Source: Blastocatellia bacterium (lineage in GTDB: Bacteria; Acidobacteriota; Blastocatellia; RBC074). Taken from it: a stretch of 51,309 nt of DNA. The notes below the pieces were generated by a model that was not told where the DNA came from, ran no database searches, and saw nothing but the letters and a program-made list of their open reading frames with translations. Both the position numbers and the translations under genes were made by a program. This document shows, in pieces, positions 1-10,513 of the stretch (positions are counted from its first letter, which is position 1; the number at the start of each line of letters is the position of its first letter). The DNA is taken from positions 1-51,309 of the forward strand of contig DATEMG010000282.1 in assembly GCA_035275805.1 (NCBI GenBank), written 5' to 3'.

Positions 1-117
1 CGTTGGACTCAGAAGTCCAAATCGTAACTGGCGACTTAAGAGCCTGGTCACGATGTACCGCCGCAAACTTGGTTACGATGTGTGACCGCAGGCGGGACAC
101 CAAGTGTCACCGCCTAA

Positions 118-247
118 CAGTCAGATGTCAGATGTCAGATGTCAGATGAAGTCAGAAGTCAGAAGTTTGATGTTAGATGGTAGATGTTAGTGAGGGGCTC
201 CGGCGCTAGTCTTTCACTGACATCTGACATCTGACATCTGACATCTG
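118..247. repeat. Hairpin element with (GTCAGAT)n arms
   Basis: 122-148 is the exact reverse complement of 221-247 (27 bp), each arm about 4 tandem heptamers. Degenerate heptamers continue into the 72-nt interior. The element ends 13 nt before the ftsA ATG. Confidence 0.9.
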
Positions 248-260
248 GAGAGGGAAGACA

Positions 261-1514
<1,254 letters not shown>

Positions 1515-1658
1515 GCTATTGGCGTCACGACCTCTTGTGTTAAAATCCGCCGCCTGCTACAGGAGCGTGCGCCGAATTGAAATGCAGAATCATACGGGGT
1601 CTGCGGTTTCCTCGGCTAGATAAATCAGCAGACTACTGAAACACCAGTAGGAGGTAGG

Positions 1659-2816
1659 ATGTCGTTAGATGATCGCACAGGGCTGAATTTCACTTTCGGT
1701 GACGAGCCGCCACAGGCGGGCGCGCGAATCAAAGTCATCGGCGTCGGAGGCGGCGGGAGCAATGCCATAAACCACATGATCGACGCCCGCATCGAGGGCG
1801 TCGAGTTCCTGGTGGCGAACACGGACCTTCAGGCGCTCAACAGGTCACAGGCGCCGGTCAGAGTGCAACTCGGCGCGAGGCTCACCAAAGGTTTAGGCGC
1901 CGGCGCCAACCCCGAAGTCGGGCGCGACGCCGCGCTCGAAGACACCGAGAAGATACTGGAGGTGTTGGAAAACTCCGATATGGTTTTCGTCACCGTCGGC
2001 CTGGGGGGCGGCACCGGCACCGGCGCAGCGCCGATCATCGCCTCGCTCGCGGCCGAACTTGACGCGTTGACGGTAGCCGTCGTCACGAAACCTTTCCCTT
2101 TTGAGGGCCGCCATCGCATGCGCCAGGCCGAGGCCGGTTTGGAAGAGCTGCGATCGGTCGTCGACACTTTGATCACGATCCCGAACGAACGGCTGCTGCA
2201 TGCCGCCGACCGCAGCACGTCGCTTTCGGACGGGTTCAAGATGGCCGACGACGTGCTGCGCCAGGCCGTCCAGGGCATCTCCGACCTGATCACCATCCCC
2301 GGCTTTATCAACGTCGATTTCGCCGACGTCCGCGCGATCATGAAGGGCATGGGCTTTGCGCTGATGGGCACCGGGCATGCGGTCGGCGAAAACCGGGCCA
2401 TGGATGCGACGCAGCGCGCGATCTCCAGCCCGCTCCTCGAAGAGGCTTCGATCAACGGCGCCAAAGGCGTATTGGTGAACATCACCGGAGGCGGCGACTT
2501 GACGCTCTTCGAATTCGACGAAGCGATGAGGGTCATTCACGACGCAGCCGACCCCGAAGCCAATATCATCACCGGCATGGTGACGGATGAACGCATGCAG
2601 AATGAAATGAAGATCACCGTCATCGCTACAGGCTTCGAAAGTCATAAAAAGAACGAGAAAGTTCATAACATGCCGGTCCGTCAAACCACGGCCGGCGGTC
2701 ACAGCAATTTGAACGCCGCGCAACCCAGAATCGCTCCTCCTTCCCCAGGCTCAATCCCCCTCAGGACGGAGGCGGATCTTGAAATTCCGACCTTTATGCG
2801 GAAGAAGGCTGACTAG
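1659..2816 (+). CDS. ftsZ: Cell division GTPase FtsZ
   Basis: [13 protein letters not shown] and the tubulin signature [18 protein letters not shown] upstream. Conserved ftsA-ftsZ order. Confidence 0.97.
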   Translation: MSLDDRTGLNFTFGDEPPQAGARIKVIGVGGGGSNAINHMIDARIEGVEFLVANTDLQALNRSQAPVRVQLGARLTKGLGAGANPEVGRDAALEDTEKILEVLENSDMVFVTVGLGGGTGTGAAPIIASLAAELDALTVAVVTKPFPFEGRHRMRQAEAGLEELRSVVDTLITIPNERLLHAADRSTSLSDGFKMADDVLRQAVQGISDLITIPGFINVDFADVRAIMKGMGFALMGTGHAVGENRAMDATQRAISSPLLEEASINGAKGVLVNITGGGDLTLFEFDEAMRVIHDAADPEANIITGMVTDERMQNEMKITVIATGFESHKKNEKVHNMPVRQTTAGGHSNLNAAQPRIAPPSPGSIPLRTEADLEIPTFMRKKAD

Positions 2817-3224
2817 TCGGATTTTACGATCTCCCCTGCCATCCCTCTTGCGTTGACAAATTTCATAAGGTAGCATTGCTTTATCAACGAGCAACAGTAA
2901 TCGTGAGGCGTCTGAGCAAATAGCGCTATCGCTGATTCCCGCAAAGTCCACCGTTGATCTCACGTGGGGAAGTTGTCATACCTGTGTTGGCCCTTGTCGG
3001 CTCCAGCTTAGTCTGACGACGGGCTTTTAAATCGGCTCTTAATAGTTGGCGCGCTTGTCGGTTGATTTCAATCCTCATTCCCGCTGGCTACGACGTGCGA
3101 AATTGACTTGTTGGACAATCCGCTCGAATAAGGCGGGCTTACGGCTCGTTACTGTCGCTCTATTCAGGGGCAGAGGGTCAGACTGTCCCTTCACTTTTCA
3201 ACAAAACTCACAGGAGAAGCGATC

Positions 3225-3599
3225 GTGAATCGGAAATTAATTCGCACCACACTGGCAGAGGTCAAAGAGAGAGAGATGCAAGCGCAGCAGGCGCGCCGCA
3301 TCGTCCCTGAACCGCGCCCGGAACCTACCACTCCGTCGCCGCACCACCCACACCAGCCTGTTGGGCAGAAGAAGAAAATTCCCCCCGAGCAGACCAATGC
3401 GGAGAGCTTCTATTATAAGAAGCAGATGGACGCGCACACGCCGATGGTCCTAGTATTGCGGGACAATGAGGAATTGCGCGGCACAATCGAATGGTACGAT
3501 AAAAACAGCATTAAACTGCACCGCGACGAAGGCCCGAACCTGCTCATCCTCAAACATAACATCAAGTATATGTACAAGGATGAGAAAAACCGCGACTGA
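3225..3599 (+). CDS. hfq: Hfq-like (Sm-fold) RNA-binding protein with a Pro-rich N-terminal extension
   Basis: The C-terminal 65 aa fit the Hfq pattern: helix [10 protein letters not shown], Sm1-like [26 protein letters not shown], Sm2-like [11 protein letters not shown] (cf. YKHAI). GTG start preceded by AGGAGA. Confidence 0.55.
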   Translation: MNRKLIRTTLAEVKEREMQAQQARRIVPEPRPEPTTPSPHHPHQPVGQKKKIPPEQTNAESFYYKKQMDAHTPMVLVLRDNEELRGTIEWYDKNSIKLHRDEGPNLLILKHNIKYMYKDEKNRD

Positions 3600-3637
3600 T
3601 CTGCGCGAGCGCGCGCATTGACAATGAATAGCGGCGC

Positions 3638-4675
3638 ATGAACGCACAAGCTCCTGCAGCGGCAAGGACGAGGCCGCGCATCGGCCTCACCATCGGCGAC
3701 CCGGCCGGCATCGGCCCCGAGGTGACGCTCAAGGCCGCGTCGGAAGAGGAAGTCCTCGCCGTCTGCGCGCCGGTGATAATAGGTGACGCCCAATATCTGT
3801 CGCATTGGGCTCGGGTTTTCGGCTTGAGCCGGGGGTTCGATTGCGTAAACGCCGGCGCCCCCATCCCCCACGAACAAAACACGCCAATCATTTACAACTT
3901 GAACAACATTCCCGGCTCGATCGAGATGGGCCGTGAACAGGCGGAGTGTGGCCGCGCCGCCGCACAATTCATCGAGGTTGCGTCCTGGCTCTGTCTTTCG
4001 GGCCAATTGGACGCGGTGGTCACCGCGCCCATCAACAAAAAGTCGCTTTACCTGGCGGGATACCCTTTCCCAGGTCACACGGAGTTTCTGGCCCAGTTGA
4101 CGGGGACGGATGAATTCGCCATGGCGTTCATCACGCCGACGTTGCGCGTGGCGCTGCTCACCACACACTTAGCCCTCTCCGACGTTCCGGGCCACGTCAA
4201 AAAAGCCAAGCTCGAAAGTTTGATTCGCCTGGTATATCGCGAATTGACGGCTTATGGCGTCGAACGCCCGCGCATCGCCGTGGCCGCGCTGAACCCGCAT
4301 GGAGGGGAGGGGACTCTCTTCGGATTTGAGGAGGCTTCGGAAATGATTCCGGCCATCGAGTCATGCCGCGACCACGACAGGATCGATGTCAGCGGCCCGC
4401 ACTCCGGCGACACTATTTTCCTTCGCGCCGCGCGCGGGGAATTCGACATCGTCATCTCGTGTTACCACGATCAGGGTCTGATCCCCGTGAAATGCCTTTC
4501 ATTTGGCGAAGCGGTCAACGTCACGTTGGGGCTTCCGTTCATTCGCACTTCCGTAGACCACGGCACGGCGTTCGACATCGCCGGGCAAGGCAGGGCCGAT
4601 CATTCGAGTATGGTCGCGGCCATTAAACTCGCCGCCGAGCTTTTCAATCGTAAAAAGCAGGCTAATTCGGCATAG
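3638..4675 (+). CDS. pdxA: 4-hydroxythreonine-4-phosphate dehydrogenase PdxA
   Basis: GLTIGDPAGIGPEV N-terminus, FPGHTEFLA, HGGEG, YHDQGLIP and TSVDHGTAFDIAG motifs typical of the PdxA family. Confidence 0.9.
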   Translation: MNAQAPAAARTRPRIGLTIGDPAGIGPEVTLKAASEEEVLAVCAPVIIGDAQYLSHWARVFGLSRGFDCVNAGAPIPHEQNTPIIYNLNNIPGSIEMGREQAECGRAAAQFIEVASWLCLSGQLDAVVTAPINKKSLYLAGYPFPGHTEFLAQLTGTDEFAMAFITPTLRVALLTTHLALSDVPGHVKKAKLESLIRLVYRELTAYGVERPRIAVAALNPHGGEGTLFGFEEASEMIPAIESCRDHDRIDVSGPHSGDTIFLRAARGEFDIVISCYHDQGLIPVKCLSFGEAVNVTLGLPFIRTSVDHGTAFDIAGQGRADHSSMVAAIKLAAELFNRKKQANSA

Positions 4676-4763
4676 ACAGGATGAACAGGATTTTTCAGGA
4701 TGTTCCAGTGATCTATTGTCAGCCCTTCTATGGGCAATCCTGAAAAATCCTGTTCATCCTGTC
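4675..4763. repeat. Hairpin element with CAGGAT-unit arms
   Basis: 4675-4701 is the exact reverse complement of 4737-4763 (27 bp). It starts on the last base of the pdxA stop and lies between convergent genes. Confidence 0.9.
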
Positions 4764-4780
4764 TATAATCCTGTGCATTT

Positions 4781-5515
4781 TTAGCGCTTCTTCGCTGCCT
4801 TCTTTGCGGGTTTCTTAGCGGCTTTCTTAGCAGCCTTGGCGGCCTTCTTGGCCGGCGCTTTTTTAGCAGCCTTCTTAGCCGGTCTGCTCGCGACTTTCTT
4901 GGCGGCTTTCTTAGCCGGTTTCGCAGCCTTCTTTGCGGGCTTGGCGGCCTTCTTCGCAGCCTTCTTTGCGGGCTTGGCGGCCTTCTTGGCCGGCTTAGCG
5001 GCCTTCTTTGCGGGCTTGGCAGCCTTCTTTGCGGGCTTGGCGGCCTTCTTTGCGGGCTTGGCGGCCTTCTTGGCCCGTTTCTTCGCGGGTTTTGCGGCCG
5101 GAGGTTGGACTGCCGGCGCGGTCGGCGCGGGCGCGGGCGCGGGCTCGGGCGCGAAAGGCACGGGCTCGGGCGCGACGCTGGAAACTACTGGCGCGATCCC
5201 TACTTCCTCTTCTTCTTCCTCTTCCTCTTCCTCGCGAATAGTCCAGGCGGGGCGCTCCTCGCCTAATACTTCATCGTCTTCTTCAATGTCCATATCGTCT
5301 TCGTCCTTCAGGTAATCTTCCTCTTCGTCATCGAGGTCTTTTTTACGGCGGTATTCATCATCGTAGTTCCATGAATCGCGGTCGTCGTCGTCGAACTGAA
5401 GTGAATAGCCTCGCGGCTCGCCGTCCCGTTCTCCGCCAGCGATGTATTCGTCTGGCGGGGAAAATTCATCTGCTTCGTGTTTCTCCGGGGTGTTCATGTC
5501 GTCAGTCTTTACCAT
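4781..5515 (-). CDS. Charge-segregated protein: acidic N-terminal half, Pro/Ala linker, histone-H1-like (KKAAKPA)n C-terminal tail
   Basis: 244-aa ORF. Residues 1-105 are D/E-rich, including an E10 run. A PAPEP linker follows, then about 100 aa of AKKAAKPAKK repeats. AAGGAGAA SD upstream of the ATG. The antisense ORF 4836..5315 is its low-complexity mirror. Confidence 0.7.
   Translation of the reverse strand: MVKTDDMNTPEKHEADEFSPPDEYIAGGERDGEPRGYSLQFDDDDRDSWNYDDEYRRKKDLDDEEEDYLKDEDDMDIEEDDEVLGEERPAWTIREEEEEEEEEEVGIAPVVSSVAPEPVPFAPEPAPAPAPTAPAVQPPAAKPAKKRAKKAAKPAKKAAKPAKKAAKPAKKAAKPAKKAAKPAKKAAKKAAKPAKKAAKPAKKAAKKVASRPAKKAAKKAPAKKAAKAAKKAAKKPAKKAAKKR
4784..5101 (-). repeat. In-frame Lys/Ala/Pro tandem repeat (AAKPAKK units)
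   Basis: Repeated GGCTTGGCGGCCTTCTT(T/G)GC(G/C)GG blocks on the plus strand. They translate on the minus strand to (KKAAKPA)n. Confidence 0.9.
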
Positions 5516-5566
5516 ATCATTGTTCTCCTTAAGAGGGGCCCCTTTGCAGGTCCTATTGTCAAGTTT

Positions 5567-5594
5567 TTGCCATTGAGATTGAACCTCTTATACT
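5567..5594 (+). promoter_or_regulatory. Possible promoter (TTGCCA-16-TATACT) upstream of the oxidoreductase gene
   Basis: Hexamer match only. About 185 nt upstream of the ATG at 5778. Confidence 0.3.
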
Positions 5595-5777
5595 ACTGGC
5601 AAAAAGACGGCGCGATTATAGCACGGGTGTCTTAATGGAAAAGTAACGTGGAAAGGCGAAAAATGAAATGCGCCGAAAATTTGTTTGGCCTTCAGCTTTC
5701 CGAAATCGGGATGCTACAATGCGCCTCCTTAGGGTTTCTACGAGACAACGAGCTGACACTTAAGGTGAACTACTAAG

Positions 5778-6887
5778 ATGAAAGAAGAGAAGATCGGGGT
5801 CGGTTTGATCGGAACCGGCTTTGCGCGTAACGCCCAAGCCCCAGCTTTCAGCGTCTGCGAGGGCGCGGAACTACTTGCGGTCTGCAGCGGACGAATGGAA
5901 AATGCGCAGCGCGTGGCCGCCGAATTCAACATTAAACACGTCTGTGAAAGTTATGAGCAACTGCTCGCGCTCGATGAGGTTTCTCTGGTCGTAGTCTCAA
6001 CGCCCCCGTATTTGCACCATCCAATCACTACGGCCGCGCTCGAGGCGGGAAAGCACGTGATCTGTGAAAAGCCTATGGCGATGAATGCCGACGAGGCGAG
6101 TCAGATGGTCAAGTTGGCCGAATCGCGCCCGGGCCAGCTTTCGATCATCGATCATGAGCTGCGATTCAATCCGACCTGGAGGCGGATGAAAGAGCTGGTT
6201 GACGACGGATTCCTGGGCGATCTTTACCACATTAATATTGTCATCGCCTCCGGGTTTCGTCATTCCGCGCTGCGCCCGTGGAACTGGTGGTCGCAGGAGT
6301 CGGCGGGGGGAGGGTTGCTCGGGGCGCTGGGGTCGCATGCGATTGACGCCGTGCGATGGCTCTTCGGTGAGATCGAGTCGGTCTGCGGGGCGGTCGAGAC
6401 GCTGGTCCACGAACGCAAAGATCCGGTCAGCGGCGAGATGAGGCCGAACGAAACCGACGATTACTGCTCGTTCTTGATAAAACTCATCCCACATGACAGG
6501 GGTCGGCGCGCGGGCGCGGCGCGCGGCGTGGTTTCGCTCTCCGCGATGTATGCGAGCGGCGGCAAAAATCAAGTCTGCGCGGCGGGGAGCCTGGGAACGC
6601 TGGTGCTGGACGGCGAAGAGACCCTATCGGGCGCGCTCGGATACAACCACTCCTTCGAGGACCTGTCCTTGGGGGACCGCGCGCAAGAAATTTCAATCCT
6701 TCCGAACAATATCTGGGCGCGCTCTTTCTATCACCTGGCCCGTGAGACCGTTCAGGCTTTGCGCGAAGACCGCGCGGAGATCGCGCACGCTGCGACCTTC
6801 ACCGACGGCCTGCGCTGCCAGGAAGTCCTCGACGCCGTGAGGCGCTCTAGTGAGGAGCGCCGGTGGGTTGACGTTGGGGAACGTTAG
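5778..6887 (+). CDS. Gfo/Idh/MocA family NAD(P)-dependent oxidoreductase
   Basis: N-terminal Rossmann IGVGLIGTGFARN, conserved VICEKPMA motif, family-typical length. Confidence 0.85.
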   Translation: MKEEKIGVGLIGTGFARNAQAPAFSVCEGAELLAVCSGRMENAQRVAAEFNIKHVCESYEQLLALDEVSLVVVSTPPYLHHPITTAALEAGKHVICEKPMAMNADEASQMVKLAESRPGQLSIIDHELRFNPTWRRMKELVDDGFLGDLYHINIVIASGFRHSALRPWNWWSQESAGGGLLGALGSHAIDAVRWLFGEIESVCGAVETLVHERKDPVSGEMRPNETDDYCSFLIKLIPHDRGRRAGAARGVVSLSAMYASGGKNQVCAAGSLGTLVLDGEETLSGALGYNHSFEDLSLGDRAQEISILPNNIWARSFYHLARETVQALREDRAEIAHAATFTDGLRCQEVLDAVRRSSEERRWVDVGER

Positions 6888-7044
6888 GCCAAGAATTAGG
6901 CCCCGGTGTATACTCAAGCCCTGAGTTTTCCACACAGGTTATTGGCGCCGGAGGCGCTAGAGGAGAACATCCGGCGTCCCTCCGGAACAAAGAGAAAATA
7001 CCGGAAACGAATTTATCAATATCAACATAGGGAGTCATTCGATT

Positions 7045-7254
7045 ATGGCGACAGTCAAACGCTACAGCGTATTTTGTCAGAAGTGCAATCAAAAATTTCC
7101 GATCTTCGCCATGTTGCCTCACACGGTTAATGTGAACACCTGGATGAAAGATAAGGCCGACAACCATGACTGCAAGGCGTACGCCGATCAGTTGGCCAAG
7201 GAACGGGCGCCTCGTCCGATCAACCCGCTCAAGGCCTCGAAGAAGGGCGCGTAA
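7045..7254 (+). CDS. Small hypothetical protein (Cys-containing, basic C-terminus)
   Basis: 69-aa ORF with ATG and a weak GGGAG upstream. CQKC...DC cysteines. No family recognised. Confidence 0.35.
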   Translation: MATVKRYSVFCQKCNQKFPIFAMLPHTVNVNTWMKDKADNHDCKAYADQLAKERAPRPINPLKASKKGA

Positions 7255-7261
7255 ACTAATG

Positions 7262-7380
7262 GTGGCGTGGGCTTTAGCCTACGCTGTAGCGCCGGCGCAG
7301 GCCAAGGCCCGCGCCGCGCCAAAACGACTAACCTTGGTGTGGGAGTTTGTATGGCAGGCGCAGGCTAAAGCCCGCGCCAC
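7262..7380. repeat. GGCTAAAGCC-core inverted repeat (three copies of a roughly 22-bp unit)
   Basis: 7262-7284 pairs with 7358-7380. An additional same-sense copy lies at 7294-7315. Confidence 0.8.
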
Positions 7381-7392
7381 AGGATTAAATCT

Positions 7393-7623
7393 ATGGCGAC
7401 GAAAATTACCGTAAACAATAACGGCTCGCTGAAGATCGAGGGCGAGATCGAGATCTACGACGGCGCCGGAAACAAATACGACCTGGCAGGTCGCACGATC
7501 ATCAGTCTCTGCCGTTGCGGCCAGAGTAACAACAAACCATTCTGCGACGGATCGCACGCTCGCTGTGGGTTCGAGTCGCAGGTAGTGGCGACCGTGCTCC
7601 CGGCGCCGAAACCGAAACCGTAA
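7393..7623 (+). CDS. CDGSH iron-sulfur domain protein
   Basis: Exact CDGSH signature CRCGQSNNKPFCDGSH. 17 nt upstream of citrate synthase, so probably co-transcribed. Confidence 0.85.
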   Translation: MATKITVNNNGSLKIEGEIEIYDGAGNKYDLAGRTIISLCRCGQSNNKPFCDGSHARCGFESQVVATVLPAPKPKP

Positions 7624-7639
7624 TAGGAATGAATCAACT

Positions 7640-8800
7640 ATGACGAAACCAGCATCCACTTCAGGCGGGGGCGCAGGCGCCGGTTTGCGCGACGTGGTCG
7701 CCGCGCCGAGCAGCATCTGCTACATTGACGGGGAACAGGGCATCCTCTCTTACAGCGGGTACAACATTCACGATCTGGCTCAGCATTCGACCTTCGAGGA
7801 GGTGGTCTTTCTTCTCTGGAACGGGCGCCTGCCGAAGCGCAGAGAGCTGGACGAATTGAACGACCGGCTAGTCGGCGACCGCGCCCTTCCCGCAGAGATC
7901 GTTTCGATGTTGAAGTCGTTTCCGAAAGGCGCCGTCCCCATGGACGCGCTGCGGACGACCGTCTCGGCCCTGGCGTTTTATGACCCCGAGCGCAGCGACA
8001 ATTCTCTCGATGCCAACCGGCGCAGGGCTCAGGGACTGACAGCGCGGTTTGCGACGCTGGTGGCCGCGATCGACCGCATCCGCAACGGCAAGGATCCGCT
8101 CGATCCGAAGCCGGAACTGTCACACGCCGCTAACTTCCTTTACATGCTCAACGGCAAAGAGCCGACGGACGTTGAAGCCCACGCGTTCGACATCGCGTTG
8201 ATCCTCCACGCCGACCACGAGTTCAACGCCTCGACATTCGCCGCGCGCGTGACCGCCGGGACGCTCGCCGACATGTACGCCGCGATCACATCGGCCGTCG
8301 GCGCATTGTCAGGACCGCTGCACGGCGGCGCCAACGAACAGGTCATGAAGATGCTGCTCGAGATCGGCTCGCCCGAAAGGGTCGACAAATACGTGCAAGA
8401 TAAACTCGAAGCCGGCGGAAAGATTATGGGTATCGGGCACGCCGTCTATCGCACCGAAGACCCGCGCGCCACGCATCTGCGCCGGATGTCCAAGGAGATC
8501 GGCAAACGCCAGGGCGACACGAAATGGTTCGATATGTCGCATCGCATCGAAGAGATCGTCGTCGAGGAGATGACCAGGAAGCAGAAACCTATCCGGGCCA
8601 ACGTGGATTTCTACTCCGCCTCGACCTACTACATGCTCGGCATCCCTGTGGACCTCTACACGCCGATCTTCGCCGTCAGTCGAATCGCCGGCTGGACGGC
8701 GCACGTGCTCGAACAACTCGGTAACAACAAACTGATCCGCCCGCGTTCCGAATACACCGGCGAGATGGATTTGAAATACATACAGATTGATCAAAGATGA
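7640..8800 (+). CDS. gltA: Citrate synthase (short, type I-like / 2-methylcitrate synthase-like)
   Basis: HADHEFNAST, GPLHGGAN and GHAVYRTEDPRA catalytic-region motifs. Confidence 0.92.
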   Translation: MTKPASTSGGGAGAGLRDVVAAPSSICYIDGEQGILSYSGYNIHDLAQHSTFEEVVFLLWNGRLPKRRELDELNDRLVGDRALPAEIVSMLKSFPKGAVPMDALRTTVSALAFYDPERSDNSLDANRRRAQGLTARFATLVAAIDRIRNGKDPLDPKPELSHAANFLYMLNGKEPTDVEAHAFDIALILHADHEFNASTFAARVTAGTLADMYAAITSAVGALSGPLHGGANEQVMKMLLEIGSPERVDKYVQDKLEAGGKIMGIGHAVYRTEDPRATHLRRMSKEIGKRQGDTKWFDMSHRIEEIVVEEMTRKQKPIRANVDFYSASTYYMLGIPVDLYTPIFAVSRIAGWTAHVLEQLGNNKLIRPRSEYTGEMDLKYIQIDQR

Positions 8801-8862
8801 TTTGATAAAATAGGATCTATAGGGCCTATGAGCCTTATAAATCCTATTTGGAGGAGGGAAAC

Positions 8863-9081
8863 ATGGCTAATGTAGTGATCTACACCAAACCCGGTTGCCC
8901 TTACTGCTCGAAAGCGATGGCCTGGCACAGGGAACATGGTGTCCCGTTCGAGGAACGCAACGCGCAGGACAACCCGAAATACCGCAAAGAGATGTTTGCG
9001 TACTCCGACAACGATCCGACGGTGCCCGTCATCGTCGTCGACGGAGTCTACAAACAAAGCGGCTGGGAAGGCCGTGGTTGA
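8863..9081 (+). CDS. Glutaredoxin-family thiol-disulfide oxidoreductase
   Basis: VVIYTKPGCPYCSKA active site (CPYC), TVPVIVVDG. Start moved to the ATG at 8863, which follows GGAGGAGGG; the track's TTG start is at 8848. Confidence 0.8.
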   Translation: MANVVIYTKPGCPYCSKAMAWHREHGVPFEERNAQDNPKYRKEMFAYSDNDPTVPVIVVDGVYKQSGWEGRG

Positions 9082-9231
9082 ACGGTTCACGACTAGGTCA
9101 GCCGTGAGCTGACCATCGACGAAACCAGAAGCGAAGGCGGTTTGAGTCGGCAGGCTCGAGCCGCCTTTTCACTTGCCGGATGATTACCCGTAGTAGCCCG
9201 ACCGTGAGGGAGGGCGTATGTCTCCGCCCTT

Positions 9232-10326
9232 ATGCGAAAAACAACGCGACGCGACATTCTGCGGGGCGGCCTCGCCGCTACCCCATTCGCCTTTATCAAT
9301 GAACTGGAATTCGCCATGAGTTTGAATCCTCTTGTCCAAAATGAACGCGGCTCGATCACTGACGTCGTCGGAATCAAAGTCGGCCACTTCACCGATTCAC
9401 GCCGTCCGACCGGCTGCACAGTGATCCTGTGCGAGGAGGGCGCGGTCGGGGGAGTCGATGTCCGCGGCGCGGCTCCCGGCACGCGCGAGACCGATCTGCT
9501 CGACCCAATCAACACTGTCCAGCAAGTTCACGCGGTTGTTCTGTCGGGCGGCAGCGCGTTCGGACTCGACACGGCGACCGGAGTGATGCGCTACCTGGAA
9601 GAGCATGGGATCGGATTCGACACGCGGGTTGCGCGCGTGCCGATTGTTCCGGCGGCGATCCTCTTCGACCTTGGAGTCGGCGATCCGAAAATTCGGCCCG
9701 ACGCCGAAGCGGGCTACAGAGCCTGTAAGGCCGCGACGGCGGACGGCGCCGCCGAAGGCAACGTCGGCGCCGGCGCGGGCGCGACCGTGGGTAAACTCTT
9801 CGGGATGGATCGCGCCATGAAGGGCGGGCTCGGAGCCGCTTCGATCAAGCTAAGCGACGGAAAATCGAGTTTGACCGTGGGCGCCATTGTGGCCGTCAAC
9901 GCCGTCGGCGACGTGATCGATCCGGGCGCGGGCAAAGTCATCGCGGGCGCGCGCACGAAGGATGGCAAGGCGCTGCTCGGATCGATGAACGCAATCCTTC
10001 GCGGCGAACCCCTGCCGCCTTTGCTCGGAGGCTCGGCGACGACAATCGGCGCGGTCGCGACCGATGCAAGACTCGACAAAGCCCAGGCGACGAAGGTCGC
10101 TCAGATGGCCCACGACGGATTGGCGCGCACGATCAATCCCGTTCACACGCCGGCGGACGGCGACACGATCTTCGCCCTCGCTACCGGCAAATCATCGCGG
10201 CAACCGAACGTGGCCTTGATCGGGGCGCTCGCGGCGGAGGCGATGGCTCAAGCGGTAGTGAGGGCGGTGAAAGCGGCGAAGGGAATTTCGGGATTGCCGA
10301 GCGTGGCGGAGATGAAGACGGCGTAA
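9232..10326 (+). CDS. P1-family (DmpA/S58-like) aminopeptidase, Tat-type signal
   Basis: RRDILRGG twin-arginine leader. GIKVGHFTD, GCTVIL and GVDVRGAAPGTRETDLL resemble the DmpA/L-aminopeptidase family. Confidence 0.75.
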   Translation: MRKTTRRDILRGGLAATPFAFINELEFAMSLNPLVQNERGSITDVVGIKVGHFTDSRRPTGCTVILCEEGAVGGVDVRGAAPGTRETDLLDPINTVQQVHAVVLSGGSAFGLDTATGVMRYLEEHGIGFDTRVARVPIVPAAILFDLGVGDPKIRPDAEAGYRACKAATADGAAEGNVGAGAGATVGKLFGMDRAMKGGLGAASIKLSDGKSSLTVGAIVAVNAVGDVIDPGAGKVIAGARTKDGKALLGSMNAILRGEPLPPLLGGSATTIGAVATDARLDKAQATKVAQMAHDGLARTINPVHTPADGDTIFALATGKSSRQPNVALIGALAAEAMAQAVVRAVKAAKGISGLPSVAEMKTA

Positions 10327-10398
10327 TCCGAATGTCATGCTAAACTTTGTTCGCTGGCGGCGGCGCCTGACGGCCTATGAAAATAAATGTGACAACAG

Positions 10399-10468
10399 TG
10401 TAGGGGCGGGTATTCCCCGCCCGCGTCATAATCGAGGCGATTGGGCGCGGAATACGCCCCCCTGCGCC
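10399..10468. repeat. GGGGCGGGTATTCCCCGCCC-type inverted pair
   Basis: Copy at 10399-10425 (itself a small hairpin) and an inverted degenerate copy at 10443-10468. Confidence 0.7.
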
Positions 10469-10513
10469 ATCATAAGATGAATAAGACGTATTGACCTTCA
10501 GTTTTACACTGCA

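Noticed and set aside
1-85. Open frame at the left edge (…GLRSPNRNWRLKSLVTMYRRKLGYDV*) that could be the ftsQ 3' end, given the ftsQ-ftsA-ftsZ order.
   Set aside because: Only 27 codons are visible, another frame is also open, and no diagnostic motif is present, so it is not reported as a feature.
1829-2723. Two long minus-strand ORFs (235 and 276 aa) inside ftsZ. Similar long antisense ORFs lie inside ftsA, citrate synthase, the beta-propeller gene, deoA, the VWA genes and the symporter.
   Set aside because: These are typical GC-rich shadow ORFs. The opposite-strand frames have strong family motifs.
2853-2881. Perfect TTGACA -35 hexamer downstream of ftsZ.
   Set aside because: No acceptable -10 lies at 16-18 nt spacing (TTGCTT at 17 nt; TAGCAT only at 12 nt).
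4836-5315. 159-aa plus-strand ORF rich in A/F/L/G (FLAGLAAFFAG repeats) that could look like a repetitive membrane protein.
   Set aside because: It is the mirror of the Lys/Ala repeat. The minus-strand ORF is longer, has an SD-preceded ATG and a coherent domain layout. This cannot be fully excluded without expression data.
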